This document shows positions 10,037 to 20,797 of a stretch of DNA of 64,000 nt, piece by piece. The notes beneath the pieces were generated by a model that did no database searches, was not told where the DNA came from, and saw nothing but the letters and a program-made list of their open reading frames with translations. Origin of the DNA: a virus. Lineage: Duplodnaviria > Caudoviricetes. The DNA lies in IMG/VR virus record IMGVR_UViG_3300029928_000001, positions 32,001 to 96,000 of that record; one strand, given 5' to 3'. Both the position numbers and the translations under genes were made by a program. The first letter of the stretch is position 1. Each line of letters opens with the position of its first letter.

Positions 10037-10061
10037 CTAATGTAAAAAAATATGGTATAAT
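10033..10061 (+). promoter_or_regulatory. sigmaA extended -10 promoter
   Basis: TTGACT-N17-TATAAT with TG. Confidence 0.7.
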
Positions 10062-10098
10062 AAATATATAAAATAAATAAAGTAAAGAGAGGAAATTA

Positions 10099-10458
10099 AT
10101 GAAAGGAAAAAATGATTTTATTAATTATGTAGAAAAAATATTAAATGAAAATGAAATCTCAGAAGATGGTTTGAAATTTTGGAAATTTTTTAAAGAAAAT
10201 AAAGATATTGAAAAACCTCTATTTACTGAAAATGGGAAAAAGATTTTTATTTTTTTAAGAGAAAATTTAGACACTGAATTGTGGAAGTCAAAAGACATCG
10301 CAGAACGCTTAGGAATTTCCTCTCGTAGCGTATCAGGGGCAATCCGCAAATTAGTATCTGATAATTTCGTTGAAAAAGTAAGTGTCGAGCCAATTATTTA
10401 TACGTTAACTGAATTTGGAAAAAATTATAATATTGAAGAAAGTGAGAATAATAATTAA
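10099..10458 (+). CDS. Winged-helix DNA-binding protein
   Basis: KSKDIAERLGISSRSVSGAIRKLVSDNFVEK..YTLTEFG. Confidence 0.7.
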   Translation: MKGKNDFINYVEKILNENEISEDGLKFWKFFKENKDIEKPLFTENGKKIFIFLRENLDTELWKSKDIAERLGISSRSVSGAIRKLVSDNFVEKVSVEPIIYTLTEFGKNYNIEESENNN

Positions 10459-11393
10459 TGAAAGCAAAATTTGAGAATATTACACACATCGAAGGTTATG
10501 TTTATGAACACGATTTAAAGTTAAAAACTTCTGGACCAAATTCTAAGAATCCTGGAACTCAATTTATTTCCGGCGATTTAAAAGTTGCTACAGATGAAGA
10601 ATGCTTAAATGTAATTACAGTTCATTTTACTTATGTAACACCAACAACTGCAAGTGGAAAAACTAATGCCACTTTTACAGTTTTAAATAATATTATTGAA
10701 AAGTCTTATAAAACAGTTATGGAAGCAGGCAAGGAAAGTGCTGTAAAGGTTAGAATTGATTCTGCTCTTGATTTAAATGAATTTTATGACAAAGATGATA
10801 ATCTTGTTTCTGCTAAGAGAAATGAAGGTGGCTTCGTTCATGTAACGACTGATTTGAATGAAGAAAAAATGAGAAATACATTTAAAACAGATATGGTTAT
10901 CACTAATGTTCGTAGAATCGAAGCTGATGAAGAAAGAAAATTGCCAGAAAAAGTAATTGTTAAAGGTGCCGTATTTAATTTCAGAAAAGCATTATTGCCG
11001 GTTGAATTTAGTGCAACAAGCGAAGGCGCAATGAATTACTTTGAAAGCTTAGAAGTATCTACTTCTAATCCTGTATTTACAAAGGTATGGGGACGGCAAA
11101 TTTCTACAACTGTTGTAACTACTCATGTAGAAGAATCTGCTTTTGGTGAACCAGAAGTAAGAGAAGTAAAGAGTTCCAGAAAAGATTGGGTAATCACTGG
11201 AGCTGCTACTGAAACTTATGTATGGGGCGAAGAAGACACAATCACTAATGAAGATTTGAAGAAATGTATGGCTGACAGAGAACTTCATTTAGCAGAAATT
11301 AAGAAGAGAAGAGACGAATGGAGAGCTTCTCAAGGTAATGCAATTCCAGCTGCTACAGTAGCTTCTACTCCAGAAGGCGAATTTAAATTTTAA
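10458..11393 (+). CDS. Putative single-stranded DNA-binding protein
   Basis: Beta-rich protein with acidic/aromatic tail (PEGEFKF), directly upstream of the AAA-helicase-primase block; function inferred from position. Confidence 0.45.
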   Translation: MKAKFENITHIEGYVYEHDLKLKTSGPNSKNPGTQFISGDLKVATDEECLNVITVHFTYVTPTTASGKTNATFTVLNNIIEKSYKTVMEAGKESAVKVRIDSALDLNEFYDKDDNLVSAKRNEGGFVHVTTDLNEEKMRNTFKTDMVITNVRRIEADEERKLPEKVIVKGAVFNFRKALLPVEFSATSEGAMNYFESLEVSTSNPVFTKVWGRQISTTVVTTHVEESAFGEPEVREVKSSRKDWVITGAATETYVWGEEDTITNEDLKKCMADRELHLAEIKKRRDEWRASQGNAIPAATVASTPEGEFKF

Positions 11394-11414
11394 TAAGAAG
11401 GGAATGTATAAATA

Positions 11415-14400
11415 ATGGCAATTAATTTATTGAATATTCAACCACATAAAGTCAGTAAAGACTTAAGCGGTTATATCACATATATTTATGGAGCTTAAAT
11501 CGGGGCTCCCTACGCGGTAACACGTAGAAAACAATTCCTATAAGAAACTGGAACCCTTGCTATTTATAGTATTGTGGAATCAGAGCGGAAGTTATAATTT
11601 AAAAGTTATAACACGCGCAACGCATAGATATATAAAACTTAATTTTAAAAGAAAGGAGTGTCCAAAAATGGATACCAGATTATTACCAGAAGCTATTGAT
11701 TTTTATAATCAAGGTAATTCAATGAATAAAACAGCAAAACAATATAATAGTACTCCACAAACTTTAAAAAAACTTTTTATTTCTAATGGAGTTAAGATTA
11801 GAAACCAAAAAGAGCAATTAATTTTAGAGAATATAAAAAGAGCAAAGCCTATTAATCATACTTATTTTGATAAATTAACTAATGAAAATAGTTATTATTT
11901 AGGATTTTTAGGTGCCGATGGAACTGTAAGAAAAGATAGAAATGAAATTAAAATCGGTTTATCTTCAATTGATTTAAGTTTTTTAGAAGAATTTCAAAAA
12001 AAATTACAATCTGAAAGACCAATTCATAATTATCAAACTAATAATGGTTTTGACGTTTCCGAATTAATCTTTTCTTCTGCTAAAATAAAAGAAGAAATAA
12101 TGAAATATGGGATTGTCCCTAATAAAACTTATATAGGTTTAAATTTAGATTTAATTCCACAAGAATTTCAATTGCCATTTATTAAAGGTTTCTATGATGG
12201 TGATGGTAGTGTAGTTTATAACCAAAACACTAAACAAGTAAAATTAACTTTTTGTTCATATACAAAAAAGATATTAGAACAAATTAATATTTTTTTTAAT
12301 AATAAAGGACATATTTACTCTAACCAAAGGACAAAAAATATAATTTATGAATTAGATTTTTCTACATTGCCAAGTTTGGATATTTTAAAACAATTTTATG
12401 AATTAGATACACCTTGTTTAATTCGTAAATATGAAAAATATCTTAATATTTTAAAATTAAGACAATAAAATCCACGAGATAGGAACTCCTCAGACGAGGA
12501 TGAAAAGTTATGCTGAACTGGGTCGGAATTGACCGACCGTTAAAATGAGAGAAATCTCCAGAAGTAGAAGATAAAAAGCTTCTACGATAACAGCTCGTTG
12601 CCGAAAACGGGCAAAACAACTCTGGCTACGCAAATGGGAGAAGCATTACTTTTAGCATTCGAGCAAGGATATAATGCTCTTCCAGGCGTTATCGCTCAAG
12701 ATATTACAACTTGGGGACAGATGAAAGAAGTTTATAGAGAACTTAAAAAGCCAGAAGTAAAAGAACATTATAAAGCTGTTATTGTTGATACTATCGACAT
12801 TGCAGCCGACAGATGCAAAAAATATATTTGTAATCAAAATGGTATTGAGGACCTTGGTGAACTTGGATACGGTAAAATCTTTGCCGCTTAATATAGTAAT
12901 ATATTAATGAAAATGTAGTAAAAAGCTGGAAAGCTAAGTTATATAAAAATAATACGCTAATCAGAGGTGAAGGCTAAATTTAAAAGTTTAGTCAGCCGCA
13001 ACGCATAGAAAAATAAAACAATAAAGAAAGGATTTGTCTAGGCATGGGAAAAATCATTATTCCACAAAAACAAGTAGAAAAAATTATATATAATTATCAA
13101 GTATTAAAAATGGCACAGGGAAAAGCCGGTCAAGAATTTGGCTATTCTGCAAAAATTGTTAAAAGATTATTACAAGAAAATAATGTTTATATTAGGAGTC
13201 AATCAGAATCACGACAACAATATCACATCAAAGAAAATTATTTTAATACAGAAACTTCTAATATGGCTTATATTTTAGGATTATTAGCATCAGACGGATG
13301 TGTAGCAAGTAATAAAAATTTAATATATATTGAATTACAGCGTTCCGATAAAGAATTATTGGAAAAAGTAAATCAAGAATTAGAAAATGAACGTCCAGTG
13401 AAAGATTATTGTGCTTCAAACGGATATGAAAATAGCAAAATTTATTTCTATTCTAAACAAGCTAAAGAACAATTAGCAAAATATAAAATTATTCCAAATA
13501 AAACTTATAGCGAAAATTTTGGGTTTCCTACAAACTTACAAAAAAAATATTGGATAGATTATATTAGAGGCTATTTTGACGGAGACGGATGTATAAAAGA
13601 TTCAAATCATACTCCAACTTGGGAAATTAATTCTGTAAATTATGAAATTATTGAAACAATTCAAAAATTTTTCTTAGAAGAATTTAATATTCAATTAAAA
13701 ATTCAAACTTTTATAAATAATAGAAAAATTCCAATGTATAGAGTATATTGCTATGGACAAGAAAATTGTCATAAAATTTTTGATATATTATATAATAATA
13801 CAAATTTGTTTTTAACAAGAAAAAAAGAAAAATTTAAATCTTTATTGAAATAATTTTCCACGAGACTACATATCTCTTGTATGGAGATAAAAAGTTATGC
13901 TGAACTTATAGGAAACTATAAGAGCTATAGGATAAAAAGCCTATAGGATAACAAAATTGAAAGGTTGGACCAAGTTTAAAGATGAATTTAATGAAGTCTT
14001 TAGAGGTTTAACTCAATTAGGATACGCCGTTTTCTTTATCGGACATGATAAAGAACAGTTTGTTGATAATCCTGACGGTACTCAATCTAGAATTATTAGA
14101 CCAGCCCTCTCTAATTCAACTAGAGAAGTCATTTCTGGTATGGCTGATATTTATGGATATGCTCATCAAAAATATGCTGGTGAAATGTCTGTATTAACTC
14201 TTAGATGCACTGATGGAAGTATTTCTTGCGGATGTCGCTTTAAGTATCTTCCAGATGAAATTACAATGAGTTATGATAATTTAGTAAATGCTTTACATGA
14301 AGCTATTGATAAAGAAGCTGCAGAACATGATAATCAGTTCGTTACTGAAGAACGCGCTACGGTAGTCCCAGAAACTCCAACATATGATTTTGACGCTCTT

Positions 14401-14586
14401 ATGAAAGAATTTGAAGGATTGGTTGGAGAGCTTATGAATAAAAATCAAACTTATTACGCTCCTAGAATTACTGAAGTTGTTAATAAATACCTTGGCAAAG
14501 GGCGCAAGGTTTCCGACGCAACACCTGCGCAAGCTGAGTTTATTCATTTAATCGTAAAAGAAATTAAAGAAGATTTAATGTCTTAA
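11415..14586 (+). CDS. Phage AAA (Sak4/AAA_24-like) ATPase, spliced; exons 11415-11495, 12601-12873, 13960-14586 (326 aa)
   Basis: Joining the exons restores Walker A YGA|PKTGKTT, Walker B VIVDT and ELGYG|KGWTKF. Confidence 0.85.
11496..12600 (+). mobile_element. Group I intron 1 in the AAA gene (variant P7)
   Basis: 5' exon ends in U; IGS GGCTCC pairs GGAGCT; TCGG pairs 3' exon CCGA (P10); P3 TTCCTAT/ATAGGAA; P7 GCATA/TATGC; terminal G. Confidence 0.85.
11668..12468 (+). CDS. Intron-encoded double-motif LAGLIDADG homing endonuclease
   Basis: YYLGFLGADG and FIKGFYDGDG motifs; AAGGAG RBS before ATG 11668. Confidence 0.9.
   Translation: MDTRLLPEAIDFYNQGNSMNKTAKQYNSTPQTLKKLFISNGVKIRNQKEQLILENIKRAKPINHTYFDKLTNENSYYLGFLGADGTVRKDRNEIKIGLSSIDLSFLEEFQKKLQSERPIHNYQTNNGFDVSELIFSSAKIKEEIMKYGIVPNKTYIGLNLDLIPQEFQLPFIKGFYDGDGSVVYNQNTKQVKLTFCSYTKKILEQINIFFNNKGHIYSNQRTKNIIYELDFSTLPSLDILKQFYELDTPCLIRKYEKYLNILKLRQ
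12874..13959 (+). mobile_element. Group I intron 2 in the AAA gene (variant P7)
   Basis: IGS CTTT-GCCG pairs 5' exon CGGT and 3' exon AAAG; P3 TGTAGT/ACTACA; P7 GCATA/TATGC; ends ...AAAATTG. Confidence 0.85.
13044..13853 (+). CDS. Intron-encoded LAGLIDADG homing endonuclease
   Basis: YILGLLASDG and YIRGYFDGDG motifs. Confidence 0.9.
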   Translation: MGKIIIPQKQVEKIIYNYQVLKMAQGKAGQEFGYSAKIVKRLLQENNVYIRSQSESRQQYHIKENYFNTETSNMAYILGLLASDGCVASNKNLIYIELQRSDKELLEKVNQELENERPVKDYCASNGYENSKIYFYSKQAKEQLAKYKIIPNKTYSENFGFPTNLQKKYWIDYIRGYFDGDGCIKDSNHTPTWEINSVNYEIIETIQKFFLEEFNIQLKIQTFINNRKIPMYRVYCYGQENCHKIFDILYNNTNLFLTRKKEKFKSLLK

Positions 14587-14593
14587 TTATAAA

Positions 14594-14629
14594 AAGCCTG
14601 GTTAAATTCTAACCAGGCTTGATTTTTTT
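14594..14629 (+). terminator. Rho-independent terminator
   Basis: AAGCCTGGTTA-aattc-TAACCAGGCTT followed by a T tract. Confidence 0.75.
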
Positions 14630-14647
14630 GTAAAAATATGATATAAT
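14619..14647 (+). promoter_or_regulatory. sigmaA extended -10 promoter
   Basis: TTGATT-N17-TATAAT with TG. Confidence 0.7.
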
Positions 14648-14681
14648 ATTTATATAAACTATAGAAAGGAGTTAAAGAATA

Positions 14682-15209
14682 TTGGCAAAACATTATGTAA
14701 AATGTTATTATTGCGGCGAAAAATTTGATGCTAATGAAGAAGAATATGTTATGATTAATTCTCGTCGTTATGCTCATAAAAAATGCGCTGAAAATAAAGA
14801 ACAATCTTTAACTCAAGAACAATTAGATAAAATCGCATTTGAAGAATATGTAATGAAAATATTTAAATTAGAATATATAGAACCTCAAATGCAAATGCAA
14901 ATTAAACGCTTTATAGAAAAGAATAATTTTACTTATTCTGGTATGCGCAAAGCATTAATTTATTTTTATGAAGTAAAAGGAAATCCAATAGAAAAAGCAG
15001 GAAAAAGTCTCGGTATTATACCTTATGTATATCAAGACGCATATCGTTATTATTTTTCTATTTGGCAAGCGCAACAGCGTAACCAAGTAAAAGAAATAAA
15101 GCAATATATTCCACAAGTAAAAGAAATTATAATCCCAATTCCGCAGTTACAACCTAAAAAAGAGCGAGAATTGTTTAAATTTTTAGATGAAGAACAGGAG
15201 AAACAATGA
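14682..15209 (+). CDS. Zn-finger protein upstream of the helicase (possible helicase loader)
   Basis: CYYC...HKKC; position between AAA and DnaB resembles the SPbeta-type replication gene order. Confidence 0.55.
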   Translation: MAKHYVKCYYCGEKFDANEEEYVMINSRRYAHKKCAENKEQSLTQEQLDKIAFEEYVMKIFKLEYIEPQMQMQIKRFIEKNNFTYSGMRKALIYFYEVKGNPIEKAGKSLGIIPYVYQDAYRYYFSIWQAQQRNQVKEIKQYIPQVKEIIIPIPQLQPKKERELFKFLDEEQEKQ

Positions 15210-17827
15210 GTTCAAAATATGTTGATATTAGTGCTGTAATACAGGTAATTGGTAATGTATTTAATAATCCTAGCCTTTTGGAATTACAAGATAAATATAT
15301 AATTACTGACAATGATTTTTCTAATGAATTTCATAAAGTCGTTTTTGGTTCAATGTTTAAATTACATGAATTAGGAGTAACTGAATTTACTTTAGAGAAT
15401 ATTAATGACTTTTTAGCTACTCGTCCAAAATATGAAGCAGTTTATAAAAGTAATAAAGGTGATGAATGGATTTTAAAAGCTTCTGAAGCAGCAGTATCCA
15501 CAGCATTTGATTATTATTATCAAAGATTAAAAAAATTTTCTTTACTACGCGCTTTTGACAACTATGGAATAGATGTTTCTGATATATATGATGTTGATAA
15601 TATTTTAGACATAAAGAAAAAACAACTTCAAGAAGATTTATTAGATAATTCATCATTAGAACAAATAGCTAATAAAGTTGATTTAAAAATTGAAGAGATT
15701 AGAGCAACATATGTTAATGATGATTGCGGTGAAGCTAAACAGGCAGGCGAAGGAATTTTAGCCTTAATTGATAGATTTAAAGAATTTCCAGAAGCAGGAG
15801 TAGCGATGTATGGACCATTAATCAATACTGTTACTCGTGGAGCGAGATTGCGCAAGTTCTACCTCCGTTCCGCTCCAACCGGCGTAGGAAAATGTATTCC
15901 TGACTATACTATAATTCCAACTCCTATTGGAGATCGAAAAGTTAGCGATATAAAAGTTGGAGATGAATTATTTGATGGTTTTGGTAATCCGACTAAAGTA
16001 TTAGCTGTATATCCGCAAGGTGAAAAAGAAGTTTGGGAAGTTGAATTCAAAGATGGTCGTAAAGCTGAATGCTGTGAAGAGCATTTATGGAGTTATTGCA
16101 CAGTAGGTCAAAAAAAAGTTTCTAAAGAAAATCGTAAATTTTATACGAATACCCTAAAAGAAATTTCTAAAAAAGAATTATATAGAAAAAGTGATGGATA
16201 CCAAATATTAGTTCCAATGCAACAAGCTGTTCATTTTTCAAAGAAAGATTTTTCTATAGATCCTTATATTTTAGGATTAGCTTTAGGCGATGGAAGTTTT
16301 AGATATGATTCTAAGAATAAAGCTTTTATGTTTAGTTCTGCTGACGAAGAATTAGTTAATTCTTTTGAAACAATTATGGGCTGGTCTAGTAAAAAATATT
16401 CAAATCATTCATTTTATAGCTGGTATTTTGAAGATTTAAATAATTCATCGCATAAAAATGTTTGGGTTGAAGAATTTTTAAAAGATTATCCTAAATTATG
16501 GAATGTAAAATCAGAAGATAAATTTATTCCACAAGAATATTTTATGGGATCAATAGAGCAAAGATTAGACTTATTAAATGGTTTATTAGATACTGACGGT
16601 TCTATTGATAAAGAAAAAGGACGAATTAGTTTTTATACAGTTAGTAATCAACTTAAAGAAGATGTAATTAAATTAAGTTTAAGTCTAGGGTTTAAAGCAA
16701 CTTATTTGATTGATGATCATAAAGATACATTACCTGTTTTTAAAATTGAAATAACCGGTAAACCAGAAGATAAAGTTAAATTATTTAAATTATCTCGAAA
16801 AAAAGAAATAATTTTAAATTGGTTTAATAATGGAAAAAGAAAAGAAAATAATTTATTTAATCCAATTGTTAAAATTACTAAAACTAATAAAAAAACTCCT
16901 ATGACTTGTTTTTATGTAGATAATGATGAACATTTATTTTTAATGAATGACTATATCGTAACTCATAATACCAGAACAATGATTGCTGATATATGTTATA
17001 TTGCTTGCGAAAAAATTTATGATGAACAATTTGGATGGATTGGTAGTGGACCTGCGCAACCATGTTTATATATTACCACAGAGCAAGACTTAGAAGAAAT
17101 TCAAACTATGATGTTGGCATTTATTTCTAATGTTAATGAAGATCATATTATTTATAACGAATATGAAGATGGCGAAGAAGAACGTGTTCGTATGGCGGCA
17201 GAAATGATTGCCGCAGCTCCTTTATATATTGAAGAATTACCAGACTTTTCATTACAAGATGTTGAAGACAAAATTAAAAAGAATATTAGAGAACATGAAA
17301 TTAAATATTGTTTCCATGACTATATCCATACTAGTCTAAAGATTCTAGAAGAAATAACTAGACGTAGTGGAGGAGTAAGGCTAAGAGAAGATAATGTTTT
17401 ATTTATGTTATCCACAAGATTAAAAGATATTTGTAATAAATATGGCGTTTTTATTATGTCGGCTACTCAATTAAGTGGAGATTATGTCGATTCAAAAACT
17501 CCTGACCAGAATCTTTTAAGGGGGGCGAAGGCAATTGCTGATAAAATTGACTTTGGCTCAATTTTATTACCAGTTAAAGATGAGGATTTAGTATCACTTG
17601 AACCAGTGCTTGCGGCAAATGTATATGAAAAACCAAACTTAAAGTTATCTATTTATAAAAACCGTAGAGGAAAATATAAAGGAATTTATTTGTGGTGTAG
17701 AGCTAATTTAGGAACTTGTAGAGTAAAGCCTATGTTTGCTACTGGATATGATTATGGTTTAATTGAAATGGATGATATAAAAATTACTTTAAAAGAACCT
17801 TCGGCTTTTGAGGATGATGAAGAATGA
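15206..17827 (+). CDS. dnaB: DnaB-like replicative helicase, intein-containing
   Basis: Walker A SAPTGVGK|T, YITTE, HDYI, SATQL and KNRRG motifs. Confidence 0.9.
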   Translation: MSSKYVDISAVIQVIGNVFNNPSLLELQDKYIITDNDFSNEFHKVVFGSMFKLHELGVTEFTLENINDFLATRPKYEAVYKSNKGDEWILKASEAAVSTAFDYYYQRLKKFSLLRAFDNYGIDVSDIYDVDNILDIKKKQLQEDLLDNSSLEQIANKVDLKIEEIRATYVNDDCGEAKQAGEGILALIDRFKEFPEAGVAMYGPLINTVTRGARLRKFYLRSAPTGVGKCIPDYTIIPTPIGDRKVSDIKVGDELFDGFGNPTKVLAVYPQGEKEVWEVEFKDGRKAECCEEHLWSYCTVGQKKVSKENRKFYTNTLKEISKKELYRKSDGYQILVPMQQAVHFSKKDFSIDPYILGLALGDGSFRYDSKNKAFMFSSADEELVNSFETIMGWSSKKYSNHSFYSWYFEDLNNSSHKNVWVEEFLKDYPKLWNVKSEDKFIPQEYFMGSIEQRLDLLNGLLDTDGSIDKEKGRISFYTVSNQLKEDVIKLSLSLGFKATYLIDDHKDTLPVFKIEITGKPEDKVKLFKLSRKKEIILNWFNNGKRKENNLFNPIVKITKTNKKTPMTCFYVDNDEHLFLMNDYIVTHNTRTMIADICYIACEKIYDEQFGWIGSGPAQPCLYITTEQDLEEIQTMMLAFISNVNEDHIIYNEYEDGEEERVRMAAEMIAAAPLYIEELPDFSLQDVEDKIKKNIREHEIKYCFHDYIHTSLKILEEITRRSGGVRLREDNVLFMLSTRLKDICNKYGVFIMSATQLSGDYVDSKTPDQNLLRGAKAIADKIDFGSILLPVKDEDLVSLEPVLAANVYEKPNLKLSIYKNRRGKYKGIYLWCRANLGTCRVKPMFATGYDYGLIEMDDIKITLKEPSAFEDDEE
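15893..16969 (+). mobile_element. Intein (359 aa) with LAGLIDADG domain in the DnaB P-loop
   Basis: GK|CIPD...EHLW...MTC...VTHN|T; LGLALGDG and LNGLLDTDG. Confidence 0.95.
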
Positions 17828-18933
17828 TTAATTATGATAAAGATTTCATAAAAGAACAAATTACAGACGAAAATGTTTTTAATCTTCTCCAAGATTTTGG
17901 TGGCAATCCAATAGACAATGGTAAAGCAATAGTTTCTGACACGATATGCCACAATGAACCAGGCGTAGGGAGCCATAAGCTTTACTATTATAAAGCTAAT
18001 AAAATGCTTTATTGTTATACTGGTTGTGATGAACCAAGTTTTGATATATTTGAATTAACTCGTAAAGTTTTTCGTATTCAAAAGAATAAAGAATTAGATT
18101 TCAATGATGCAATACGCTGGGTCGCGCAAAAATTAAATATCATTGTTCAATTAGACAATATTGATCCAGAAGATGATATATTAGAAGATTGGCATTATTT
18201 AGATAATTATAATCGCATTCAAGAAATTGAATTATCTACAAATAATGTTTTATTAAAAGAATATGATAAAAATATTTTAAAACGATTTAATTATAATATT
18301 GCGCTTACTCCTTGGCTGCGCGAAGGCATATCCCAAAAAGTAATGCAAGATAATCAAATAGGATATTATCCTGGTGAAGAACAAATTACGATACCACATT
18401 TCGATATTAATAATAAACTTATAGGCATTAGAGGCCGTTCATTAGTAGAAGATGAAGCAAATAAATATGGTAAGTATAGACCTTTAAAAATAAATGGAGA
18501 ATTATATAATCATCCATTAAGTATGAATTTATATAATTTAAATAACTCTAAAGAAAATATACAAATTATGAAAACAGCTATTTTATATGAATCAGAAAAA
18601 AGCTGTTTAAAATATCAAAGTTTTTTTGGGCAAGAAAATGATATATCAGTAGCTGTTTGCGGCTCTGCCGTTTCAGAATTTCAAATTCATTTATTAATAC
18701 AAAGTGGGGTAAGGGAAATTGTTTTAGCTTTTGATAGAGACTTTGAAGAATTGGGTGATGATCGTTTTAAACGATTAAAAAATAAAGTTTCTAATTTATC
18801 AAAAAAATATAGTAATGATGTGATTATAAGTATTATATGGGATAAGGAAAAAATTACAGGTTTAAAATCAAGCCCAATTGATGAAGGACCAGAGAAATTT
18901 TTACAATTATTTAAAGAAAGAATTATTTTATAA
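17824..18933 (+). CDS. DNA primase
   Basis: N-terminal Zn motif TICHN..CYTGC, IPHFD..GIRGR, TOPRIM YESEKS and AFDRD. Confidence 0.8.
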   Translation: MINYDKDFIKEQITDENVFNLLQDFGGNPIDNGKAIVSDTICHNEPGVGSHKLYYYKANKMLYCYTGCDEPSFDIFELTRKVFRIQKNKELDFNDAIRWVAQKLNIIVQLDNIDPEDDILEDWHYLDNYNRIQEIELSTNNVLLKEYDKNILKRFNYNIALTPWLREGISQKVMQDNQIGYYPGEEQITIPHFDINNKLIGIRGRSLVEDEANKYGKYRPLKINGELYNHPLSMNLYNLNNSKENIQIMKTAILYESEKSCLKYQSFFGQENDISVAVCGSAVSEFQIHLLIQSGVREIVLAFDRDFEELGDDRFKRLKNKVSNLSKKYSNDVIISIIWDKEKITGLKSSPIDEGPEKFLQLFKERIIL

Positions 18934-18987
18934 CAATTTTAATTAAAAAATAATAAATAAAAATTAAATAAAAAAGGAGAATGAAAA

Positions 18988-20754
18988 ATGCGATATGAAT
19001 TAATATCTTAGAATTCTTCTTTATCTCCAATAGAACAAATATTAACTAATAGAGGAATTAAATTAGAAGATATAAATCATTATTTAAATACGACAGATAA
19101 TGACATTTTAGAACCTAAGTTGTTAATGAATGTGCATGAAGGAGCTAAAATGTTATTTTCTCATATAGCGCAAAAAGATACGATATATATGATAGTGGAT
19201 CCGGATGTAGATGGTTATACGTCGGCAGCATTATTTATTAATTATCTAAATGCGCAGTTTCCTGGATATGCTCAAAACTATATTTATTATACAATGCATG
19301 ACGGGAAACAACATGGATTAATTGAATCAGATATTAATGATGTATTAGAACATAATGCAAAATTAGTAATTATGATTGATTCATCCAGTAATGATTATGA
19401 TTTACATAAGCGATTAAAAGATAAAGACATTGACATATTAGTTATTGACCATCATGAGGCTGACCAAGTGTCTCAAAATGCTTGTGTAATTAATAATCAA
19501 TTATGTGATTACCCAACGAAATCATTATCAGGAGTAGGAGTAGCTTATAAATTTTGCTCTTACTTAGATGAATTGATTGGAGAATCTCATGCTCATGAGT
19601 TTGAGGATCTCGTAGCCGTTGGCGTAATCTCGGATATGATGGAGTTGCGTGATTTTGAAACAAGGCAATTGGTTACGCGAGGCCTTAACAATTTGCGCAA
19701 TCCTTACATTAAAGAGATTCGTGAACGCAATGCCTATTCAATAGACAGAGCAGGAGGATTAAATCCCTTTAGTGTAAGCTTTTTTATTGCGCCTTATGTC
19801 AATGCTACCATCCGTATTGGCTCGCAGCAAGAAAAGCTCATACTGTTCGAGTCGATGCTTGACTATCGGGGATATGAGCTTATCCCTTCAACCAAACGAG
19901 GATGTAAGGGTCAAGTAGAGACAAGAGTAGAACAGGCTTGTAGAAATTGCAACAACTTAAAAAATAAGCAAACTAAAGCAAGAGACGCAAGTCTGGACGC
20001 GATTAAATTCGTAATTGAAGACCAAAATCTTTTAAAGCATAAAGTATTAGCTATTCGACTCCCAAAAGAATTGGAAACGGAAGAAAATTTAACTGGTTTA
20101 ATAGCTAATGAATTAGCTTCTGAATATCAAAGACCTATTTTATTGTTAAATGAAAAATATGATGAAAATGGTGAATTGGTATGGAGAGGCTCAGGACGTA
20201 ATTATGCTAATTCACAAATTGAGAATCTGCGCGAGTGGCTTCTGAGCTCGCAACTCGTTGATTATGCGCAGGGCCATGGCAACGCTTTCGGCATTTCCAT
20301 ATACGATAGTGAATTTAATGATTTCATCTCTTGGAGTGATAATCAATTAAAAGATTTTGATTTTTCACCTTGTTATAAAGTAGATTTTATTTTCCAGGGA
20401 GCTGATTTTAAAGGCAGTGATATTTTAAAAATTGCTGAATTAAAATCGATCTGGGGAAGAGGTGTTGAAGAAGCGCTAATAGCGATAGAAAATATACATG
20501 TAAATATAAGCAATATTCAATTATTGTCAAAAGATAGAAATCCAACACTTAAAATTACTTTAAACAATGGAGTCGATTTGTTGAAGTTCAGGTCGTCTGA
20601 GGAAGAATTTGAAAAATTAACAAGTTCTGACTTAGGTTGTGTAAACATTAATGTGGTTGGCAAATGCGATCGCAATGAATGGAATGGGCGGATTACACCG
20701 CAAATTCATGTTGAAGAGTACGAAATTGTAGGGGTTAAAAAGTATTACTTCTAA
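18988..20754 (+). CDS. recJ: RecJ-like ssDNA exonuclease (DHH family); TAG at codon 8
   Basis: AAGGAG RBS; MRYELIS(TAG)NSSLSPIEQILTNRGI is in frame with the 19120 ORF; DPDVDG, IDHH, GSGR and QGH motifs. Confidence 0.85.
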
Positions 20755-20797
20755 ATATACACATCCGGCCTAATATGATTATGTTAGGAGGACATAT

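Noticed and set aside
11557-11667. ORF-track N-terminal extensions of intron ORFs and exon fragments (also 31881, 12598, 13957, 36914, 38495)
   Set aside because: These starts fall in ribozyme sequence or at splice junctions; better RBS-linked starts or spliced frames exist
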